Source: Escherichia virus TH41. Taken from it: a stretch of DNA of 64,000 nt. The position numbers and the translations under genes are program-made. Below, in pieces: positions 57,660 through 64,000 of the stretch (its first letter is position 1; each line of letters opens with the position of its first letter). The stretch lies in the sequence record MT446412.1. One strand, given 5' to 3'. The notes beneath the pieces were generated by a model that was not told the DNA's origin, made no database searches, and worked only from the letters and a program-made list of their open reading frames with translations.

Positions 57660-58019
57660 ATGAGTTATTATAATTTTCTGAATTTTGAACTGGCGAGCAA
57701 TAATGATGGTAATGCTCATTATGAATTTCGTGAGCCACGGTTTAATCAAGCGATTGGTTATATTATCGTCAAAGATGATGTTATCATAAAGGCTCGCTCA
57801 TTTATGGTAATGAATGGACCTTATGAAGATACTCGCGGCTATCCATTTGATAAAAAGAATGTGCGCGATTGTGCAGCATGGATAACCGGAAACCCCGAAA
57901 TTGGGGTCATGATATCTACTGAAGCGAATGACATTCTGGAAGGGGTTTGGGCCAAAGCTCAAGAATCGTCTATTGCTATTGACGACCAGATTTTTAATGC
58001 CTTCATGAAACGAGGTTAA
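57660..58019 (+). CDS. hypothetical protein (DDQIFNAFMKR tail)
   Basis: 119 aa; same C-terminal tail. Confidence 0.45.
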   Translation: MSYYNFLNFELASNNDGNAHYEFREPRFNQAIGYIIVKDDVIIKARSFMVMNGPYEDTRGYPFDKKNVRDCAAWITGNPEIGVMISTEANDILEGVWAKAQESSIAIDDQIFNAFMKRG

Positions 58020-58020
58020 T

Positions 58021-58242
58021 ATGTTTGTTTTAACTCAATTTTCTAAAGCAACATATAGCTACTCTTGTCAATGGGAAGTCTTCATTGATACACCGTCTCC
58101 CAAGTATGGAGTTTTCGGACGAGTAACTACACAAGCTTATGTTGCGCGACCAACCAAACGTCAGATTCGTAAGCTTAAAAAGGCGCATCGCCAACTGATT
58201 AAAAGAAGGGAACAATATGAGTGCAATGTGTACGGGCTCTAA
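58021..58242 (+). CDS. small basic hypothetical protein
   Basis: 73 aa. Confidence 0.4.
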   Translation: MFVLTQFSKATYSYSCQWEVFIDTPSPKYGVFGRVTTQAYVARPTKRQIRKLKKAHRQLIKRREQYECNVYGL

Positions 58243-58408
58243 GATTTCCGTATTCGAGATTTTTGAAGAATATGAAATCGTGTCGCAAGACCAAGAAGCA
58301 ATCCATGTTATCGCTGATGATGGTGTTACCTGGATTATTCCGTTGTATCATGAAGACACTTATGAAGTGACTGATGCAAATGGTGATAAAGCTGTCTTCG
58401 TTGTATAA
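58217..58408 (+). CDS. small acidic hypothetical protein
   Basis: 63 aa. Confidence 0.4.
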   Translation: MSAMCTGSKISVFEIFEEYEIVSQDQEAIHVIADDGVTWIIPLYHEDTYEVTDANGDKAVFVV

Positions 58409-58411
58409 ATA
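58404..58411 (+). promoter_or_regulatory. late promoter TATAAATA
   Basis: Exact TATAAATA 17 nt upstream of CTS-like ORF 58428. Confidence 0.45.
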
Positions 58412-58427
58412 GCGGAAAGGGGGTGTT

Positions 58428-58595
58428 ATGAAAACATTCAAAGATTTTATCAACGAAAATATGGTTGCCGGTGATGCAGGTGGAAATCCAACTAATATCG
58501 CAACAGGTACCACTTCCGGGGCAGTTGTCAATAAAGGCCCTGAACAAATCCCATCAAAAAAGCGTAAGAACAAAGACGATAAACCTACAGTATAA
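58428..58595 (+). CDS. small protein with CTS-like N-terminus
   Basis: MKTFKDFINE...; 55 aa, Gly/Thr-rich, basic C-terminus. Confidence 0.4.
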   Translation: MKTFKDFINENMVAGDAGGNPTNIATGTTSGAVVNKGPEQIPSKKRKNKDDKPTV

Positions 58596-58627
58596 TGGTC
58601 CTCCGGGGCCATTGAAATGAGGAAACT

Positions 58628-59656
58628 ATGTCATATATTGATAAAGAATTTGCGGTTAGAGCTTTATCGTATCAACCACGTTATAGAGAAGTCACCGGGA
58701 GCACATTTAAAGCAAACTGTCGTTGCAAGGTTTGTGGGGACTCCCAGAAAGATTCACACAAGGCTCGATTCTGGGCGTATACTAATCCGGCTGATGGCGC
58801 GGTTTACGTGAAATGTTTTAACTGTGACTACTCCACGCATATAAGCAAATACATAAAAGAGTTTGAGCCGGATTTACACTGGGAATATATGGTTGAGAAG
58901 TATAAGGAGAATGCCTTTGGCAGACAACGTAATGAAGTTGCCGAAACTCCGAAAGAACCAGAAAAAACTCCGGTTATCGAAGAGCTTGCTTTTTGTGAAA
59001 GACTCGATACTTTACCAGAAGCGCATCCTATAATTAAGTATGTAAAAAGTCGGTGTATTCCTAGCAATGTTTGGAACCGGTTATGGTTTACAAACAAATG
59101 GCCTGCATTAGTTAACTCCGTTAATCCTGGGACGTATAAGAATGAAACGAATGAACCACGCTTGGTTATTCCTATCTTCAACGGCAAAAAAGAAATCGAA
59201 TCTTTCCAAGGACGAGCTCTTCGCAAAGATGCACCACAAAAATATATCACAATCAAAGCTCACCCAGAAGCTTCCAAAGTCTATGGTGTAGACAAGATTG
59301 ATGAGCGCAAGCGCGTGTGGGTAATGGAAGGTCCGATTGATAGTTTGTTTATCCCTAACAGCATTGCGATAACTGGTGGAACATTGTCATTGGAAGCCGT
59401 TCCTTATCCAGAAACCAGAGTATGGGTAATGGACAACGAACCAAGACATCCGGATACGATTAAACGTATGAAGAAGCTCGTTGAAGCTGGCGAAGCTGTT
59501 ATGTTCTGGGACAATGCACCATGGCATACGAAAGACATAAATGAGATGGTTAAATCAGAAGGAGCAACCCCTGAACAAATCGAATCATATATGGCTGATA
59601 ACGTTGCCCAAGGATTGATGGCGAGAATGCGACTTTCGAAGTACGCAAAAGTTTAG
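58628..59656 (+). CDS. 61: DNA primase gp61
   Basis: Zinc ribbon C.C.VCGDS..D..KAR.W.Y and C-terminal GPIDSLFI.N.IAITGG...VW..DNEPRHPDTIKRM.KLV.AGE.VMFWD match T4 gp61. Confidence 0.95.
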   Translation: MSYIDKEFAVRALSYQPRYREVTGSTFKANCRCKVCGDSQKDSHKARFWAYTNPADGAVYVKCFNCDYSTHISKYIKEFEPDLHWEYMVEKYKENAFGRQRNEVAETPKEPEKTPVIEELAFCERLDTLPEAHPIIKYVKSRCIPSNVWNRLWFTNKWPALVNSVNPGTYKNETNEPRLVIPIFNGKKEIESFQGRALRKDAPQKYITIKAHPEASKVYGVDKIDERKRVWVMEGPIDSLFIPNSIAITGGTLSLEAVPYPETRVWVMDNEPRHPDTIKRMKKLVEAGEAVMFWDNAPWHTKDINEMVKSEGATPEQIESYMADNVAQGLMARMRLSKYAKV

Positions 59657-59853
59657 GAAGGGATTCCGGTAAAGTAACCAATAATAGAATGGATATGTTC
59701 CATTGTGACCTGAGGTAAGTGCACCCCTTGTGTTGCGGCGATGGGTACAACCAGTAAGTTCCACAGGAAAACATCAAGAGCTAAAAAGCCCATGATGAGC
59801 TTCTTGTCTTTCTTACTGGTTAATTTCCAAATCTGATAGAATAATGTTCCCAT
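59653..59853 (-). CDS. small membrane protein (antisense to neighbours)
   Basis: 66 aa, hydrophobic core LALDVFLWNLLVVPIAATQGV; GGTGG RBS on minus strand. Confidence 0.5.
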   Translation of the reverse strand: MGTLFYQIWKLTSKKDKKLIMGFLALDVFLWNLLVVPIAATQGVHLPQVTMEHIHSIIGYFTGIPS

Positions 59854-59861
59854 AGTTCCAC

Positions 59862-60059
59862 CTATATAAGGCCGATTAATGCCAGTGAAACATCTACAAC
59901 TGATTCGAGCGCGACGACTGGTAATATAACACCATGTGCCAATGCAATAGGGGCAACAATGAAATTCCAGAGTAGAACTAAACAGAGTACCGAAAGGACC
60001 AGAATCGTTCGCTTACGACTGCCTTTGATGGCTTGAATTAGACTAGATAGTTTTAGCAT
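59862..60059 (-). CDS. small membrane protein, paralog of 59653..59853
   Basis: 65 aa; LVLLWNFIVAPIALAHGV; AAGGAGG RBS 5 nt upstream on minus strand. Confidence 0.55.
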   Translation of the reverse strand: MLKLSSLIQAIKGSRKRTILVLSVLCLVLLWNFIVAPIALAHGVILPVVALESVVDVSLALIGLI

Positions 60060-60081
60060 ACATCCTCCTTTCTTGTATTTA

Positions 60082-60106
60082 TGCTTTAAACCAATACGAT
60101 ATAATT
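60082..60106 (+). promoter_or_regulatory. candidate MotA-dependent middle promoter for gene 56
   Basis: TGCTTTA box, 12-nt spacer, TATAAT. Confidence 0.45.
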
Positions 60107-60143
60107 AACATACAAACAACATGAATTGATAAGGAAAAATATA

Positions 60144-60662
60144 ATGGCACATTTTAACGAATGTTCTCAACTGATTGCTGGTGTTGATAAAGCTCAAGGC
60201 GCTTATGATAATGCAATTTTTGAAGGCACTGACCCACTGCAAATTATGCTTGATATGCAGAAATCGTTGCAGGTTCGTCTGGCTAAAGAAAAACCAGAAT
60301 ATAACGAACATCCTGATAACCTGGCGACTGCTGGTGAAGTTGTTACCTGGCTCCGCAACCAGAAAGATTATATTGATGATGAATTCCGTGAACTGATTAC
60401 TGCATTAGGTGGCATGTCCAATGGCGAGAAAGCTGCCTCGGCCGTATGGAAGCCTTGGAAAGCACAACATGGCGAAATGCAGCAAACCCTAATTAATGAT
60501 TTATCTCCTGAAGACCAGCTCGAAATTAAATTTGAGATGATTGATATCCTGCACTTTGTTCTGAATATGTTCCATGGCCTTGGACTGACTGCAGAAGAAA
60601 TCTTTAAATTGTATTACCTGAAAAATGCTGAGAACTTTGCTCGTCAAGACCGAGGTTATTAA
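60144..60662 (+). CDS. 56: dCTPase/dUTPase gp56
   Basis: MAHFNEC..LI.GVDKAQ...DPLQ.MLDMQ..LQ.RLA...IDDEFREL...SPEDQLEIKFE..DI.HFVLNMF.GLG..AEEIFKLYYLKN.ENFARQD.GY matches T4 gp56. Confidence 0.9.
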   Translation: MAHFNECSQLIAGVDKAQGAYDNAIFEGTDPLQIMLDMQKSLQVRLAKEKPEYNEHPDNLATAGEVVTWLRNQKDYIDDEFRELITALGGMSNGEKAASAVWKPWKAQHGEMQQTLINDLSPEDQLEIKFEMIDILHFVLNMFHGLGLTAEEIFKLYYLKNAENFARQDRGY

Positions 60663-60943
60663 TGGCTCGTTTAAATAAACGTCAGCTTAAGAAAGCTCGC
60701 AAGAAATATATTAACGATATAATTGAAAATGTTAATACCGAAATCTTCGTAGAACTCTTATCTAATCAACTAAAACATTTATCTAAACATGAAATTGATA
60801 TGAATACTGAAAATGCTAAAAATGTAATTGAAACTCATAATGCTTTTGCTAATGCAACAGCAGAATGGATGGCGAATCCTACTGCTGAAAATCTAGCTAA
60901 AATGACTGAAGCCAATAAAGCAGTTCAAGCCATCAAATTGTAA
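60662..60943 (+). CDS. hypothetical protein
   Basis: 93 aa. Confidence 0.45.
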   Translation: MARLNKRQLKKARKKYINDIIENVNTEIFVELLSNQLKHLSKHEIDMNTENAKNVIETHNAFANATAEWMANPTAENLAKMTEANKAVQAIKL

Positions 60944-60945
60944 GT

Positions 60946-60953
60946 TATAAATA
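60946..60953 (+). promoter_or_regulatory. late promoter TATAAATA for soc
   Basis: Exact TATAAATA about 30 nt upstream of soc start. Confidence 0.55.
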
Positions 60954-60984
60954 CACCTGTAATTAAACAACAAAGGAGTTAATT

Positions 60985-61218
60985 ATGGGTGGTTTCGTTA
61001 ATATCAAAACCTTTACGCATCCAGCTGGTGAAGGTAAAGAAGTTAAAGGTGTTGAAGTATCTGTTCCGTTTGAAATCTATTCAAATGAGCACCGTATTGC
61101 CAATGCTCATTATCAGACTTTTCCTTCCGAAAAGGCCGCTTATGTCACCGTAGCGTCTAGTGCAGCTGATTGGCGAACTAAGAACGCGGCGATGTTTACG
61201 CCTACCCCAGTAGTTTAA
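60985..61218 (+). CDS. soc: small outer capsid protein Soc
   Basis: VNIKTF...HYQTFPSEKAAY.TV matches T4 Soc. Confidence 0.8.
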   Translation: MGGFVNIKTFTHPAGEGKEVKGVEVSVPFEIYSNEHRIANAHYQTFPSEKAAYVTVASSAADWRTKNAAMFTPTPVV

Positions 61219-61222
61219 TTAT

Positions 61223-61247
61223 AGGGAACCTTCGGGTTCCCTTTTTG
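61223..61247 (+). terminator. Rho-independent terminator
   Basis: GGGAACC-TTCG-GGTTCCC then TTTTT. Confidence 0.75.
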
Positions 61248-61294
61248 CTTTTAATAGAAGCGGTATAATTATTTCAATTACAGAGGAGAATACT

Positions 61295-61492
61295 ATGTTA
61301 AACCGTTGGATTAAACCAAATAAAACTTTAGATGAAGTTATTGCCCATGATGTCCATTTTAAGTATGGTCTGGGTGTGTTTGATGAGGTTGTCGTACATT
61401 CATTCATGATGCACGATGATGATTCTTTAGAATTCAATATTGAAATCCGTTGTGATGATGGTAAAGTTGAATTTAAACGAGGTTTTCTATGA
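61295..61492 (+). CDS. hypothetical protein
   Basis: 65 aa. Confidence 0.4.
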   Translation: MLNRWIKPNKTLDEVIAHDVHFKYGLGVFDEVVVHSFMMHDDDSLEFNIEIRCDDGKVEFKRGFL

Positions 61493-61830
61493 TTAGTTGG
61501 CTCAAGAATTTATTCAAGACCAAACCGAATGAAGGTGTGGTTCCCGTTAGCCTACCGGATGTTAAGCTAAGAGAATATGTTTACATGGGCGATGGCATGA
61601 TGGAAGAAGTGGTCAAATCAAAATCAAAAGACCTATATTCTACAATGTCAGAAGAAGACTTACAAAAACGTTTAACTCGACTGCAAGAACAAAGAGCTCA
61701 AGCCCAAAGCAGTATCGATACTACTTCGATTGTGGTTACCGCTGCTGCAGTTAGTTCGTGGACTGGTGATTCGTCTTATTCCTCCTATGATTCAGGAAGC
61801 TGCGATTCGTCTTCCAGCTCGTGTGATTAA
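61489..61830 (+). CDS. hypothetical protein with Ser-rich C-terminal low-complexity tail
   Basis: ...SSWTGDSSYSSYDSGSCDSSSSSCD. Confidence 0.45.
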   Translation: MISWLKNLFKTKPNEGVVPVSLPDVKLREYVYMGDGMMEEVVKSKSKDLYSTMSEEDLQKRLTRLQEQRAQAQSSIDTTSIVVTAAAVSSWTGDSSYSSYDSGSCDSSSSSCD

Positions 61831-62025
61831 ATGAGAATTACAAGTTGGCTTAAAGATTGGTTGGTTACTCCAGGGATTGATGATTCCTGGGTGGCCAGAG
61901 CCGAGGAAGAAATGCAGCGCGAAGCTGAAGAATGGGCTGCTACAGGGCTTAAAGCTATGCAGGAAAAGAAGACCGAACGAGCTGCGCTTAAACTGATGCG
62001 TGATATCTACGGAGATAAATCATGA
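61831..62025 (+). CDS. hypothetical protein
   Basis: 64 aa. Confidence 0.4.
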   Translation: MRITSWLKDWLVTPGIDDSWVARAEEEMQREAEEWAATGLKAMQEKKTERAALKLMRDIYGDKS

Positions 62026-62167
62026 CACAAGAAGAAGCTGAACGCCGGGCAAAAGAAGCACTGGATTTGCTTTTGAAAATTGGCAGTAAAATGATGGAAG
62101 AAAATGAAAAGTACATCAAGGAAAATAAAGTTCCTGATGGTCCATTAGTTGGTAAGAGGAAAACATT

Positions 62168-62656
62168 ATGAAAGTATATGAATTAGAATTCTATGTCCGT
62201 GATTCTGCTGGGCAAACACGACCTTACGATGCAACAGCCTGTCTTATCTTTGCATATAATGGCATGGATTCGGTTACTGAGTTGGAAACAAAATTAATGA
62301 ACCTGACGATGCCAGAAAACGTTATGCTGAAGGTATTTCATAGAAAAAACGTTAATGTGGCTGAAGGGTGTCCGTTTACTGTTTCCGAAGCTCTGCATAT
62401 CAAAGGCTATCGTCACCCGGACCCATATGCAGAAGGTACTGCGGATATTTTCTATAAAGATAGAGATAAAATGGCCACTGAACGTCTCCAAGGTCGCACA
62501 TATCTGATTTCCACTACCGACGACCTTGCTGAAGTTGAACGTCAGATTTGGAAGCACTTTGATATCGGCTTGCGCTTTACTTTAACAGAAGAAGCTATTC
62601 AAGATACTAAAATGCGTGCTCGTATGTATGGTTACGGTCCTATCGGTGGCTACTAA
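62168..62656 (+). CDS. hypothetical protein
   Basis: 162 aa. Confidence 0.5.
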   Translation: MKVYELEFYVRDSAGQTRPYDATACLIFAYNGMDSVTELETKLMNLTMPENVMLKVFHRKNVNVAEGCPFTVSEALHIKGYRHPDPYAEGTADIFYKDRDKMATERLQGRTYLISTTDDLAEVERQIWKHFDIGLRFTLTEEAIQDTKMRARMYGYGPIGGY

Positions 62657-62831
62657 TGGATTTATTTGAACTTTTTGAAGAGCCTAAAGCTCCTACGGAA
62701 GCCCGTGTGGACCTAGTTGACGAACTTGATGCGATTATACAGAAGCATGGTTTTAGTCTCCCAATGGAAGTTCTACGCGACCTGGCCTCATATTACGACG
62801 ACCCACCTCCATGGGCACCATGGGTGAAACG

Positions 62832-63065
62832 ATGAACTGGTTAACAAATATCCCCACATCGGCGCTGGATATCGACCGTAAACACGCTCATAAGGAAATT
62901 GAGCAACAAAAAATTAATCGCTTACAAAGGATTAAGACTGAATCCAAGACAATTAAAGCCGAACGCCCGACAGAATCGAAAAGTTCTTACTCATCATATC
63001 AATCTCCGATTGGCATGGCCGCAGACATTGCAGTCTTTGGCGTCCCACTTGGAGTATTTAAGTAG
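62832..63065 (+). CDS. hypothetical protein
   Basis: 77 aa from ATG overlapping upstream stop. Confidence 0.4.
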   Translation: MNWLTNIPTSALDIDRKHAHKEIEQQKINRLQRIKTESKTIKAERPTESKSSYSSYQSPIGMAADIAVFGVPLGVFK

Positions 63066-63121
63066 TTTACTTACTCCCCTCCTAATGACATAATGGTCTT
63101 TCTTACAACAGAGAGGCCATT

Positions 63122-63682
63122 ATGAACATCATCAAATCTGATACCGAACCCAACCAGTTAAAATTTAATGAAATGGAGATAGCTTCATTATTTGAATGCC
63201 GCGCATCAAAGGTTGATAAGACCTTACATTCAAACATCAACTCAATCATCAAGTCAAGGTTGTCTATACCTGATACAGTCTTGTATCGTGGGGTAACCCA
63301 GCAAGAGATTGATTTGTTAGATGAAGCAAAAGAATCAATGCAACCTTTTGAATTTGGAAGGATAACCTCCTTTACAGAAGACTATGGTATTGCCAGGGAT
63401 TTTGCTGCAATGGAATATGTGTCAAGGACTATCATCAGATTGAATCATACAAAAGCTTTTTGTTATCATGATGCGATGCGCAAAATCGCGCTTGACGTTC
63501 CACTGGAATTCTTCAATACAGCCTCTGGTTCCGAACAGGCAGCAACGTTAAGGCGTGAAGAATACATGGACATGATTGATTCTGAGCTTGAATGGTTTGT
63601 TCCAGTTGACCAGAAATTCGTGATAGTTGATGCTGGATTTGTTGATGATTATTATGTTCTTGACTGTGTACAAGAGCAATAA
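63122..63682 (+). CDS. ADP-ribosyltransferase (ModA/ModB-like)
   Basis: R-S-E type motifs: LYRGV, ITSFTED, SELEWFVP; position matches T4 mod locus. Confidence 0.55.
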   Translation: MNIIKSDTEPNQLKFNEMEIASLFECRASKVDKTLHSNINSIIKSRLSIPDTVLYRGVTQQEIDLLDEAKESMQPFEFGRITSFTEDYGIARDFAAMEYVSRTIIRLNHTKAFCYHDAMRKIALDVPLEFFNTASGSEQAATLRREEYMDMIDSELEWFVPVDQKFVIVDAGFVDDYYVLDCVQEQ

Positions 63683-63726
63683 GACACGTTAAGATGTTCC
63701 TATCAACTACTGATGAGGATAATAAA

Positions 63727-64000
63727 ATGCTGTACACTGATGACGTTTTGAATGGAATTATTGACATTGCCGCTTCTAGTGAGTCTTTTCGTAACCAATG
63801 TCAAGCGGAGATTGATGCTCTTTATACAGATAATGAACAATCAGTACTCTGGCAGTGTATGGAAAATAAACCCGACCTGATTCAAGAAGACTTAACCAGG
63901 ATTATCCGCAACAATCTGAATACTGCACCACCTGCGGCATTGTTCCGTGGTATATCAAAGAAAACTATGGAATACCTGGAAGATTTCAGATATGTTGGTG
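63727..64000 (+). CDS. ADP-ribosyltransferase paralog (partial, runs off window end)
   Basis: LFRGIS Arg motif; ORF open to end of window. Confidence 0.4.
   Translation, partial: MLYTDDVLNGIIDIAASSESFRNQCQAEIDALYTDNEQSVLWQCMENKPDLIQEDLTRIIRNNLNTAPPAALFRGISKKTMEYLEDFRYVG

Overview
The window is a contiguous early/middle-gene region of a T4-like (Tevenvirinae-type) myovirus, with almost every gene on the + strand. Core genes recognised from their translated sequences run in T4 order: (gp3-like) - 1 (dNMP kinase) - 57A - 57B - internal-protein locus - 2 tRNAs - nudE - e (lysozyme) - denV - internal-protein locus - regB - tk - rI - nrdC - 49 - nrdD - nrdG - nrdH - 55 - 47 - 46 - 45 - 44 - 62 - regA - 43 (DNA polymerase) - uvsX - 41 - dmd - sp - 61 - 56 - soc - ADP-ribosyltransferases. 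Gene 43 is roughly 60% identical to T4 gp43 by eye, so this is a diverged relative, not T4 itself. Between the core genes lie hyperplastic accessory regions packed with small ORFs. No single classical defence or anti-defence operon (CRISPR, RT, large nuclease/ATPase) is present. The most notable candidates are: (i) at least ten small genes carrying a near-identical T4-type capsid-targeting N-terminus (MKTYQEFI[T/A]E), reused as a nucleotide-level cassette at three loci; (ii) a translationally coupled array of five small paralogues ending in a conserved Trp-x-Ser-Ser-x-x-Cys tail, directly downstream of a family of small two-TM membrane proteins with an FI(K/E)EC tail; (iii) a nucleotidyltransferase-motif protein next to a possible 2OG-oxygenase-like protein; (iv) a macro-domain protein, an Acb1-like 2H phosphoesterase and duplicated Dmd-like genes; (v) two antisense small membrane-protein genes between 61 and 56; and (vi) absence of gene 42 and beta-gt from their canonical slot although dCTPase (56) is present. 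All functional calls rest on motif and synteny recognition by eye; no database search was run.
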